Shown here: positions 1 to 12,013 of the stretch, piece by piece
Layout of the letters: each line of letters begins with the position of its first letter
How positions within the stretch are numbered: the first letter of the stretch is position 1
From: Macrostomum lignano
Taxonomy: Eukaryota
Assembly: GCA_002269645.1 (NCBI GenBank)
Contig: NIVC01000623.1
Location: 1-64,000, forward strand
Reading direction: 5' to 3'
Length of the DNA: 64,000 nucleotides
Program-made: the position numbers and the translations under genes
Notes under the pieces: model-generated
Seen by the model: only the letters and a program-made list of their open reading frames with translations
What the model was told of the DNA's origin: nothing
The model's database searches: none

Positions 1-7
1 CACTTAC

Positions 8-1311
8 CAGACACTCCAACGGTTCGACCTCTAGAGAAACATAACGAAAGGCAACGAATATCCGGATATCATCTGCCTGGAAGTGAAGAAACCCCCACGG
101 TTTTGTCTCCACCAAATATGCAAGTTTTAAACTAATTTTTTGCAAATTCTATACACTTTAAATAGGAATAACTGCACAGTAAACGCGTATAGCTTACTAT
201 AAGGCGCTGCATCATCTCTTGGCTTGTGTTGTGTAGAGCACCTTGTACAAAACCGATATATTTCTCCTGGCAATCAGATTTTCAAATTCAATTCCAACCT
301 GAAAATTGGAACTTTAACAGCTGTACTTTTACTAGTTAAGTAGACCCTGAGCCCTAGATCTAGGCGAGATCTCTAGAGGCGATTGGCTGTTTTTCGTCAC
401 GAGCAATTTAACTCCCTGTTTATGTCGCTCATGGAAATTAACCAATTGAAACCCGGATGCAGGACGAATACTAACCGGGTAGATCTGGTCGGCCTCCGTG
501 ATCAACAGGCCAATCTTGTGCCACTTATGCTTTAGCAAGATCTGGACGATCTCCTCATTGTAGAGCCCGTGCGTCATAAACAGCCGACTGTAGGTTCGGT
601 AGCGAGTCTTGTCCGACAGCAGCGGCGACGCGTTGGAGTAGGCCAGCTGAAAGACGAGGGACAGACGGTCTGTGAATAGGCAGCCAGATTTAAAGTAACA
701 ATACGATTTAATTTTCTTTTTATTCAAGACAAGAAGACAACAAAACAGCTCAAAGTATTTTGTATTTCGAGGATTGAAGCATTTTGTACTTCGAAATCGC
801 GAGCCGTCAAGCTTAAATTTAATCTGTCAAGACGCTTATAAGCTGTTTACCTCAACTCGAGAAAACTCACCATGGGGACATGGTAGAGCTTGCACACGTC
901 GGCCACTACCTGAGACTGTTGCGAGAAAAGAATCCCCAAAATCATAGCTTTGTTTGGCTCGCTGAAGTAGCCGTCGATAAACGCCTTCGAAGCGCTGCCT
1001 TTGTCTTCCTGCAGATGGATTTATTCATATTGTACGATCAAATATGCCAGTATATTTCAGTTTTAATAACTCACATCGATAGCGCACTGATAGTAAATCT
1101 TGAGCTTGAATGTCGGGAACAAGTCAGTCAGGTTGTTGATCAGCGGCAGGAAGGCTCTGAGCGAGAGCTCCTGAAACCTTCGTTCTCCAGAAATCGGCCT
1201 TACGGTGCAGATGTTGAGCAGAGCAACCTCAGTTCGGTTGTCCTCAGCTTCGCACTGCTCAATCAGGCAGACCGCTGCACTGAACAGCAGCAGGTGGCGC
1301 CAGAGACACAT
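8..1311 (-). CDS. GABA-B-receptor-like class C GPCR, paralog B (5' part only, runs off left edge; exon 4 has a 1-nt frameshift)
   Basis: Exons 1311-1075, 1008-871, 646-476, 298-198 and 76-8, all with AG/GT ends. Exons 1, 2, 3 and 5 have the same lengths as paralog A (237/138/171/69). Exon 3 encodes LAYSNASPLLSDKTRYRTYSRLF, matching the GABA-B VFT motif [20 protein letters not shown]. Exon 4 is 101 nt versus 102 nt in A, giving an in-frame TGA. Confidence 0.85.
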
Positions 1312-1818
1312 GCAATTTTGTCTTTGTATTAGGAATTTTTTTAATACTGAACTCGATTTGCTGAGATTTTTCGCGCGCAGAATTACTGAGTCATTATTAT
1401 GCTCTTGGATTTACAAAGACTAATTGAGCCTGGATTTGTTCGGATCAGTAGTCACTTTTATGACTTTTATGCAACATGTGGCCTTCTTGAAAAAGTTCTC
1501 TGATTGGATCTGGACGTTACAGCCGGTTATTGGCCAAAATGGCGGATCAAAGAAACGTTTTGTTGGGGAAAAACTACGAGCATATTTCTCCAAAAGACTT
1601 CCCTGTACAGAAGTTGTAGCTCGTATGATCCTACTCACGATTGGCGTAAGTAAGATGTGAAGACTTTTAATATGCGCAAATATGGTTGAAAGAGCTGAAT
1701 AAATATCCATTCTTGGTATGTACTTCCTGGGGGCGCCATGGATTTCATGGTGGGGGGGACAAAGCCAAGAGTTCTACATGATTAAATTCCTACATTGTTT
1801 AAGGAATCGGTGTTGTTA

Positions 1819-1989
1819 GCACTCATTTTGTCGCCGCAGGCACTCATTTGGCGCCACAGGCACTCATTTTGTCACTGCAGGCACTCATTTTGTCACCGCA
1901 GGCACTCATTTTGGCGCCGCAAGCACTCATTTTGTCACCACAGGCACTCATTTTAGCGCCGCAGGCACTCATTTTGGCGCTGCAGGCAC
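1819..1989. repeat. 21-nt minisatellite (GCAGGCACTCATTTTGTCACC-like), inside a short GC-tailed dispersed element (~1730-2037)
   Basis: About 8 degenerate tandem units; flanked by the inverted motif GGACAAAGC/GCTTTGTCC and poly-G/poly-C tracts. Confidence 0.8.
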
Positions 1990-2155
1990 TATGCTTTGTC
2001 CTGCCCCCTTCCCCCCCCCCCCCGGAGGCGACGCACCTGTGTACCACCACCTCCTGCGGATTCAAAGATGCAGTTCCAGGCGTTTCCCTTCCGGCGTTTC
2101 CCTTCCGGCGTTTCCCTTCCGGCGTTTCCCCTTGCTGTTTCTTCTCTGGTTGACG

Positions 2156-2425
2156 TTCCACTGACTGGGATTCCACTGACTGGGATTCCACTGACTGGGA
2201 TTCCACTGACTGGGATTCCACTGACTGGGATTCCACTCACTGGGATTCCACTGACTGGGATTCCACTGACTGGGATTCCACTGACTGGGATTCCACTGAC
2301 TGGGATTCCACTGACTGGGATTCCACTGACTGGGATTCCACTGACTGGGATTCCACTGACTGGGATTCCACTGACTGGGATTCCACTGACTGGGATTCCA
2401 CTGACTGGGATTCCACTGGCTGGGA
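2156..2425. repeat. 15-nt minisatellite (CCACTGACTGGGATT)n
   Basis: Near-perfect tandem array; explains the GIPLT and SQSVE ORFs. Confidence 0.95.
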
Positions 2426-2812
2426 TTTCTCTAAGCTACGTCAGCCTTATGTACACTGTTTATACCGGACTCAGAGCAGCTTCATACTCAATAACTGTAC
2501 GACTCAACTCTTCTCCATTCATCATATAAACTGTCTACTCGCAGTATCTCAACCTAGATTAAAAAATCAATTGCTCATCTATTTTATTTATTTAAGCATG
2601 CTCTGTTCTGCCTCTTCGCATCCTACAATTACTACTTCGAAAGTAGAGTAAGCAAAAGACGATAGTTGTGCATTGCAGGTGTGTTTTAATGCTGCTAAAT
2701 TCTCTAATAGTGGGCAAATAGAGCCCTTTGTGTATTTTGTGCCTGCGCATTTTTGAAATTGAAGCTATCGAAAATTCTCTAATTAACAGCAGCAACTCTG
2801 TCTCTCAGAAAC

Positions 2813-3562
2813 TAAAGCTACTCTCGCTGTTAACTAAAGCTACTCTCGCTGTCAACTAAAGCTACTCTCGCTGTCAACTAAAGCTACTCTCGCTGTCAAC
2901 TAAAGCTACTCTCGCTGTCAACTAAAGCTACTCTCGCTGTCAACTAAAGCTACTCTCGCTGTTAACTAAAGCTACTCTCGCTGTTAACTAAAGCTACTCT
3001 CGCTGTTAACTAAAGCTACTCTCGCTGTTAACTAAAGCTACTCTCGCTGTCAACTAAAGCTACTCTCGCTGTTAACTAAAGCTACTCTCGCTGTCAACTA
3101 AAGCTACTCTCGCTGTTAACTAAAGCTACTCTCGCCGTTAACTAAAGCTACTCTCGCTGTTAACTAAAGCTACTCTCGCTGTTAACTAAAGCTACTCTCG
3201 CTGTTAACTAAAGCTACTCTCGCTGTTAACTAAAGCTACTCTCGCTGTCAACTAAAGCTACTCTCGCTGTTAACTAAAGCTACTCTCGCTGTCAACTAAA
3301 GCTACTCTCGCTGTTAACTAAAGCTACTCTCGCTGTTAACTAAAGCTACTCTCGCTGTCAACTAAAGCTACTCTCGCTGTTAACTAAAGCTACTCTCGCT
3401 GTTAACTAAAGCTACTCTCGCTGTCAACTAAAGCTACTCTCGCTGTCAACTAAAGCTACTCTCGCTGTTAACTAAAGCTACTCTCGCTGTTAACTAAAGC
3501 TACTCTCGCTATTAACTAAAGCTACTCTCGCTGTAAACTAAAGCTACTCTCGCTGTTAACTA
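2813..3562. repeat. 22-nt minisatellite (AACTAAAGCTACTCTCGCTGTY)n
   Basis: About 34 tandem copies read directly. Confidence 0.95.
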
Positions 3563-3747
3563 AAATCTACTAAAGTCTAAAATCTAAAGTCTAGAAGCTA
3601 CCAATCGAAAGTATCACCAAAGAAAATCGTTAATTACCAAGCATTTGCTCTTCAACAGTTCAATAATTAAACTGAGTTTGTCTTCCGCTCCCTCAGTTTC
3701 AGGACTTCAATCGCTCCAGCGGCGCACGCGATTCGCTTTGAACCTGG

Positions 3748-6700
3748 CTAGTTGCCACTGGTTCTCTCGGCATTAGCGGGGGTGCCCGGCATCGCAAACG
3801 TGTTCATGGCGTTGGTGACGTCATCAACTTTCGTGGGCCCGTGTTGGATTAAAAGAATCATCTGAAAAATGGAATTGAAACCTGCATGACATTCTGAAAG
3901 CTGAGAGCCCGATGATTCGTCCGTAAATGACTACATTGAGCTTCAATGGCACCACCTTGCTGCCGAACACGAACAGCAGAGTGGTAGTCGAGCAGATGAT
4001 GATGCACACGACAACCAGCACGAATCGAAGCGTGGCCTGGCTGTTGGGCAGGACGTAGCTCAGCGACACTCCGATGGCGGCCATGATGAGCGTGTTGTAC
4101 ACGCAGATGCCGATCTGCTTGCTGTCGTTTAGCGCCTCCACCTTTATTTTGCGAGTCTCCCAGGCGAAGAAGATGCCGAAGATGAGGATGAGACCTGCAA
4201 TGCAGTGAAAAAACGAAAAGTTGAACCTGAGATTTCTGGAACTCGGTAATTAGCCATTCTATCAGGACTGGTTAGGACTAATTTTGAGAGTCAACCTGAT
4301 CATAGCTCTGCTATGAGGCCGATACATGTAGTTAAAACTGCTTCTAGTTGGTAATTTGCTCAACTAGTATCCCCCATAGTGCAAAGCTTTGGTAGTCCGA
4401 AGGGTGACATAATGAGCGCCGTGATAAAGAAGAAAAATGACATAATGACATGCGGCTGCCTGGTGTAATAACCCGCTGAAAAACCACCTGGATAAGCAGG
4501 CGAAAGCCTTCATCGTTAGAAACGCAGTCTTACTGACGAGCCGGTACAATAGACTTCACCTTTAATGCCCAGAAGAATTCCATCCCATATGGCGGCCATT
4601 CTAGACCGGCAAGCTTCAAGGCGCGGCTTGTAGATTATTCCGAGTTCAGGGTTCTCCTTAAATTTGTTGCGTGCGTTGTTTCAGAAATTGCGGTGCTTTT
4701 CTTTTAACTAAATTTCTGAAGACTTTTAGGTACGTACCTCCGGTGGATACAAGTGCACTTGAATATGAATTGAATCCAAGACAGACCAAAGGATGAGAAC
4801 AGCGGCGTCAAGCAGGAGAAGAATGCCAACAACGGAGAGTAAGTGCCAGTCTTTTATTGACTGCAAATTGAAAGCAAAAATCTTCTCCAGAAGATAGCCA
4901 TAAAAATTTTATGCTCGAAACAATTGCTCAAGACTGGTCTGGGAAAGGTCAACCACTCACCACTCGCTTGAGGCGCTTGTTGGTGAAGATGACGTGCACC
5001 CGCCACGTCTTGGCGAACATGGCCCCAAACGCACACGAGTATCCAGCAGCCAGACAGCAGGTCTGAGTCCAGCACAGAGACACCCCCGTGAAGCTGCCGC
5101 CATTCAGAGCCATCGCGATGCAGCTGCAGTAGCCGAGCACACAGCCGAGAGCGATCACGAGGTTCACGTTCGGAGAGCTCATCTTGATCAGCTTCAGATT
5201 TCGGTACCACAGGTTGACGCACACCGACACGACAGCGAAGCCGATTCCCACTGCGCACAGGACGAGACAGGTGGTGCTGGCAGACTGGCTGACCATGATT
5301 CTCTCATTCAGCACCACCGGAGAGTCGATCGGAGGCTTGTCGCCAGCGAACTGCAGACTCTGCTTCCACACCGTGACGTTTGTAGCGGGGTCGAAGTTCG
5401 CGACAGGGACGGCTACATTGTCTGAGGGTTGAGGGGACAGTTTTAAGTGAGCCTTGCTAGGCTTGCATCGAGCTTTCTTTGGCATGGCAATGCGCTACAA
5501 TAAGACTGTTACCTCGGATTTGAAAGACCACGACCTGTCCGATGCGGTCTCCGTTCTTGTCGAACTGGACGGGGCCCTGAAAAAATATTTATTTTCACAG
5601 CTTCGACAGTTCTGAAACTTACATTCTTGTCGACTAGGATTCAGACCTTGGATTAGTGTATGAACTTAAGCGACAATTATAGCTCAATCTCTCTCCCGAT
5701 TTCCATACATTGTTTTGCTCTTGTTTTCATTCCACATTGGTTTTTTATCACTATCATATTTCACGTACATGTAGCTCACTATACTATTGATCACTACAAA
5801 AAATCCATCCCAAGGGGTTTTTAGTCACCTCTACGCCATTGAATTTTTGTTTGCGAATATTCTGCAGTAGACTCGTTTTGAAGGAGTTGTTTCCAAGCTC
5901 CAGACGAGGGCTGTAGTTGTACAACTGCAGCGAATCGTTGATGGCGAGGGCAGCCGTTGTCAGTGTGTCGAACAGTCTAGCGGCCGTGTTGTTACCTGTG
6001 GTCCATTCCCCAAATGCCGCCTTGTAAGCTCCATAGATGTCATCCAGTGTCTAAAGCAAATCAAAGTTTCATTTGCAGGGTCAGACAGGCCAATATTTTT
6101 AATAACAGCTCCATTTTCCCGGATTTTCTGTCGATGAAACTAATTAAATATTCTAATATTTACTGTAAAAGGTAATGCTCATGCTGCCTTGGAGAAAAGA
6201 CTCAATTGTTCCTTTGATAATCTCACCACCGTCGTTTTGCTGGGTGGAGGCTTGTAGCTAGGGTCAGCCATTGCGGAGTCAAACAGTATGGCATTATGCA
6301 CGGCAGTTTTCCTCATATCCAGTGTGCAGTCTCCCATCGCTGAGGTAGCTGGCAGGCCATGCCACCCACTGAAGATCCATTGGTACTTTGGTCCGTAGAG
6401 GCCGTGCTTGTAAATCTGTTGGTGACGAATATTTATCATCACCATCATAGATATCAACATCGAGAGTTTTGGAAAACGAATCGGAGTCTTCCAGCTGCGA
6501 CTTACCTCGCATTCCAACGGCTGGGCTTCGATGGAACGGTACCGAAAAGCCACGATTATTCTCACATCCTCGTCCTGAAATCATTTCAGAAAATATATTG
6601 ATGGAACTCAGTTTCAATTCATTGCAGAGGAAAATTTCCAGCCAACCATATTCGCCGTATGTCACTTATTCTTACTACCCTTAATACCTTTAAACGCTGG

Positions 6701-8035
6701 ATAATCTCTTTCGTATCGCCAGTAAAAAGCGCCTTGTACAGGATCGAAATGTTTCGTTCGGCGATTAGAGTTTCAAAATTGACTCCAACCTGAAATATAC
6801 AAAAAACTTTGCGTTTGTCGAGTAATTGCATGAATTTGATTCCCAGTTGACCTAGTCAGGCATATCTTGCTCAAACAAGCACGAAACAATAACTAGGCGC
6901 AACTGGACATCCACGACTGGCCAAGGAATAAAACAGTGTGGTGTCAAATCGCTTAAAGTTGAGGGTCCCTATAGTAAGTGCTTCAACCCAGCTTGGTCTG
7001 CAGTGGGTCAACGTAGCGAGCCACCCGTTCTGTCAGCATTAGGACGTCCCGCAGCGGCTCAGGGCAGTAAGGCTTGCTTATGGCCATGCTAAGTACACAA
7101 CATTCAGCTGCGCCTCGTGCGCCTAACCAATATCACATCAGACACATCATCACGAACCGGGTAAATCTGGTCGGCCTCCGTGATCAACAGGCCAATCTTG
7201 TGCCACTTATGCTTCAGCAGGATCTGGACGATCTCCTCATTGTAGAGCCCGTGCGTCATAAACAGCCGACTGTAGGTTCGGTAGCGAGTCTTGTCCGACA
7301 GCAGCGGCGACGCGTTGGAGTAGGCCAGCTGAAATTAAACACTTGAAATGTTTCTTGAAAGCATACGATTCTCCCAGTGTCCGTGCATCCACCAGCTGCT
7401 TTTTGGAGGATGCGCAACCTTCATGGATTACAAAAGTTACTTTGTGAGCATATTATTCAACCCAAAGCTTATTATTTAAATTATGTATGTAGATGGGATT
7501 AATAAAATTCTTGAATTTGCACATAAAAAATATTTTTTGTTGAATTACAACAGCTCAGACAGTTTCAACTACTCACCATCGGCACATCGTAGAGCTTGCA
7601 AACGTCGGCCACGATCTGCGACTGCTGCGAATAAGTTATGCCAATAATGACAGCCTTGTTCGGCTCCTTGAAGTATCCATCTATGAACGCCTTGATGGCG
7701 CTGCCCGTGTCCTCCTAGAAAGTTTCGTGCTCATGAAATTTGAAAAAAGACAACGGAATTAAACAAAAAAATTCTGATCGATGATGCAACCATCTCACAT
7801 CGATAGCGCACTGATGGTAAATCTTGAGCTTGAATGTCGGGAACATGTCGGTCAGGTTGTTGATCAGCGGTACGAAGGCCTTCAGCGCGAACTCAAAGAA
7901 CTTGTGCTCACCAGTGACAGGGCTCACCGTGCAGATGTTAAGAAGAGCAACCTCGGTTCGATTATCTCTGGCGCAGCACAGAACTGTCAGATTGGCAGCT
8001 GCGCACACCTGGAGCAGGCAGCGCCAGAGTTGCAT
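3748..8035 (-). CDS. GABA-B-receptor-like class C GPCR, paralog A (13 exons, about 741 aa)
   Basis: Exons 8035-7799, 7714-7577, 7328-7158, 6789-6688, 6574-6506, 6415-6227, 6050-5829, 5576-5513, 5421-4961, 4860-4738, 4656-4560, 4194-3956 and 3861-3748 join in frame with consistent phases. Contains a signal peptide, a VFT domain and a 7TM region with GABA-B hallmarks IKMSSPNVN, FGAMFAKTWRVH, AWETR and LNDSKQIGICVYN. Confidence 0.92.
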
Positions 8036-8342
8036 GTCAACTGCAGACAGACACTTAATAAACAACTCTCGCTATGCTTGCAAATGAAGTAATTTAGCAT
8101 AAATTCGCAGGATGGTCAGGCACCCAATGCTAAGACTTTTATAGGCAGTCCAGTGGAGAGAATTAATAGGATGGCTTGCATCACCACTATTGGATTAGGC
8201 AAGTACAGCCAGTCTAGATAGGCCAGATATTGTTTAACCTGTCTAGTCAGGGAAAACATTAAGCACATGATTCCGACTATTGCGCATGCAAGGACCAACT
8301 AGAACTGCCGGACTATTGTCTGCACAAGATAGTAAACCTTCA

Positions 8343-8739
8343 AATAACAGTAGGAATACCAAGCCATTTTTCCACCCGTCGAACTACCAAGAGGGGGGAA
8401 TTCCCCCCCCCCCGACAATTGTTTTTGCTGCGCCGTATTGGAGCAACGCAGGTACACGAAATTCAAGAACACAGGCTAAATTTTTGTTGCGCACCTTCTC
8501 AAGCAAGAATCAAGTCGCCAGCCCTCCGGACTGAATACACTAGCGCTTATGGGAAAAATCCGACCTTCTGGCAGAATCGTCGAATATCTCGACGGTCCGG
8601 AGGGCTGGCGACTTGATTATTGTTTAAGAAAGTGCGCAACAAAAATTTAGCCCGTGTTCTTAAATTTCGTGTATCTGCGTTGCTCCGTTCCGGCGCAGCA
8701 AAAAATTGTCAGGGGGCTCTTGGTAGTTCTACTGTTATG
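8343..8739. mobile_element. Foldback/MITE-like element with ~117-bp internal inverted arms
   Basis: 8414-8531 is the imperfect reverse complement of 8595-8710, with a 63-nt spacer. Outer ends AATAACAGTAG / CTACTGTTATG are also inverted. A partial second copy lies at ~53953-54400. Confidence 0.8.
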
Positions 8740-9271
8740 TGTTAATTGAGAACCTACTAGATTATATTTTTCGAGCGTTTGTTTGAGCCTTCAAATACGA
8801 GCGTAGATTAGCCATAAAACGCTAGTGCTGCATCCTTCCTCTTGTATTGGTCATTGTGTGCATAGTTCTAGTTACCATCGATATCCTGCCAAAGCAAAGG
8901 TTGTATAAAGTCATGCTTTCCCTGTGATTTCAACCAAATTATGATGGACCTATCTGATAATTATCATTAAACTTGTTTTAAGTTCAAAGCCGTCAAAGTA
9001 TTCAATAAAGTGCAGTTCTTTATGCTCGCTGCCCTCTTTCATCTCACAGTCCCAGTTTCTGTGAATTTGTGCGGTACCAAACTGCCTGTGCATCCAGTCC
9101 GACAGACCTACATGTAGCAGTCCAAATCAAACAGAAAATATTCTCACATAAAAGTCTGACGGATAGAGTTTTTGAAACAAGCAATGAAAAGTCTGGCTTG
9201 AATAAATAAAGGAAAATCAAGTAAGTATTTCAATTGTGTAAAAATGTCACATTCGGTAGTTTCATCGCAAA

Positions 9272-9417
9272 TAGGGATTCCAAAATCCCGACAATTGACA
9301 ATCCCGGGATTAAAAAATCTCTCAAGTCCCAGGATTTTAAATCCCGAAAAAATCCCGGACTTGTGTAATCCTGGGATCCCGCTTAAAACCTTAGGGATCC
9401 CATGATTGGAATCTCTT
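9272..9417. mobile_element. Small hAT-like MITE rich in ATCCCG/CGGGAT motifs
   Basis: Termini TAGGGATTCCAA and TTGGAATCTCT; flanks ATCGCAAA / AGCGCAAA match 7 of 8 as a candidate 8-bp TSD. Confidence 0.5.
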
Positions 9418-12013
9418 AGCGCAAATCAATATTTTTTCCGTGTTTGAGCTTCCAGGCTCAAAATAATATCAATAACAACGATATCCTTGGATCCTTGGAG
9501 CATAGTTGAGCCATGTTTAAGTCGCAACGATTGCTTCATCATGTCTAAGCATGTCTCAGCATCGGTCTCAGCATGTCTACGTTGACTGCTGAGACTGAGA
9601 GAGGACCTCTTAGCCATTGCAGTGCCCGATTGAACTGTCCAATCGCAAAATGATGTTGCGGATGTGTCACCAAAAAGTTGTGGATGCTCCGGATTACAGT
9701 TTCAAAACCAACTTTTCAGATTTAAATGTACGAGGGGTGCGGAGCAGCTCAGTGGTAATCGCGTCTACGACCCCTGGTTCGATTCGGTGCGCGGCCGTAT
9801 TCATCTGGGGCTTGTGTGCACGAAAATTAGCCTTGGAGTTGACCGATTCACAGCTGTGAGGGTCAGCCACTAAGGCACAGAGAGTGTACATTGCCTGACG
9901 ATTAGAAAGTCGGGGCAGAATTGCCGTCAACGCTGGTTGTGGGACGATGTCGCCGAGTACGTTTTGCCAGGGTGGCCGCAGCCCTCCTCCAATTATTATT
10001 GTCAGTATTATTCCACAATTACTGCTTATTAAACTGCAGTTCACATGTAAAATAATGGGGCTGGTTACTTAAAACTCTAGCTAGCTTGCACAGAGTATTC
10101 TTTGGCAAGCTCGCGCTGAAACTGAACGCAATAACCTGCAGCCTGTAGCTTGTATCCGAAATTGATACCCCAAGCGTGACATTTTTTCGGGCAAAGAATC
10201 TCAAAGCTGGAGCTTGCAAAAAAGGGTGTCTTTTTTCATCAAATTAAAGGCGGTTCATTTTTTTCAAATAATGTTGCGTGCTTACTGACAACATCTTTGA
10301 GTTTAGTGAAGCGCATAGAAATTCGCCACACACGGTATATACGCTCGTAGTAGTGCCAGAGACGACTCAAATATCAAATAGATTGTTGGAGGCTTTCGTG
10401 AGGCTTTTTTCTTTGCTTGATTTCACGGTCGGTTTATTGCAGACTTTCAGCGACATAGGACCTGATTAAAAATAGAATATCGGTTGTGCAGAACAAATTA
10501 AGATCTCCAATAAAATGTAAAGAGTTCTGAACGTTAGTCAGGCTGGTGATAAATCATTGATGGCAGGTTCCGTTGAAAATACAATCGCTACATGTCGATA
10601 GGTTGGTTTTCAGTGTTTTTAGTGCCCTTTCTGCGTGTTTCAAAGAAAAAAGGCAACGGAAGGCATTTAAATTATGTTTTAAGGCCACATCCGCATTGTC
10701 AATTCTTGCCTAACCATGCGCCTCGTGGCTGCCCTGTCACAAGCAGAATGAAAAATCAAAACAATAGGAAAGAAGGGCCAGGTGAGAGAGAAGAGAGCTA
10801 AGAAGAGACGCAAACCTTAAGCTATTGTGAAGTTGCTATTGTGAAGTTTCAACAGGACCCGAAGGGCCGCGGATGGCTAAAGCTAAAGGAGAAGGATTCT
10901 GGTGCACTATACAGGCTTAAGTTGTTGATGTTACTAGGTCGGCATGATGAGGCCCGTTTGAAACGGTGTGGGGGGGGGGGGGCTACATTGCCCGATGCTC
11001 CCGCGTGCTGTACGCGTGCTAAAATCGATAAATGTACGGTTGCAGCCCTGCCCCACCACCCGCAAGGCCCAGTTGTTCGAATTTCACGGCTTGCGTTCAC
11101 TAAGTGGGCAGTGGAGGTAGAGGCTCGGGTTGAGGGGCAGAGAGATAAGAGACAGGCTGCACAATCTAGACCGCCAAACCCTTCCTACCACAAGCAGGCC
11201 AGCAATTCAGAGAGCATTGCTAATTATATCTTTACTTCTTTCTGCCCTTGCCTCTCTGACGTATCCAAGAGAAGGCTAGGGAAGGTTGTAAAAATATGAG
11301 AAGCTAAAAAAGCAACTCTAGCTGCAACAAGAATTGAAAGCATTGCAAAATTTGGTTGTTTTAGCTGCACTATGCTAGCAGCGATATTGACTTCACTTTG
11401 ACTGCGTTCTTTGCCATTGCTTCTGACAGGTTTTCACGTGAGAACAGGTATTCATCTGACAGCTCTCGGTAAGTCTCTAAGCTCTCCCATGTTAGTCCAT
11501 TTTTGTTCTCAATACGATGGGGATGTCAATTCGCAAAGTCGGAGCTTATCATTACCCTTCACGGTTTCTCTTCCCATCTCACACTCTTTCTTCCTCGTTC
11601 TTCCTCGGCAGAGACCAAAGCGCTTATTCCTTTTGCCAAGCCTTAGGGACCAGGATCTGGTACTGGAAGTGTTTGGTTAATGCTTTTGAGCCGATGTACT
11701 CTTACGGCGCCTTACTTAAACGCTGTATCAACAAGCTCGCGCAGATGAAGCTTTAGTAGTTAAGCCCGACTGATAAGAGGCTGGGAAAAAAGATAAGGCT
11801 AAGAGAGTATTGGCCCGACCGCGTCATACATGGCGGGCAGGGCAAACAGACTGGAGGAATAAATCCCCGTACCAATCGGCTCTTATTAAATCGGGGACCT
11901 ACAATTCACTGTCGTGCTCAGCTCACCTCAATATTAAGCAAAGTGACTAAACTCGACTCGACAATCATACAGTACGAGCAACCTTTGCTGCAGTTGCATA
12001 ACTCAAAGCAGCA

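Noticed and set aside
9420-11900. Possible decayed transposase or retroelement coding sequence (e.g. CESVNSK, faintly MULE-like)
   Set aside because: Only short broken ORFs with no convincing catalytic motif; needs a translated HMM search.
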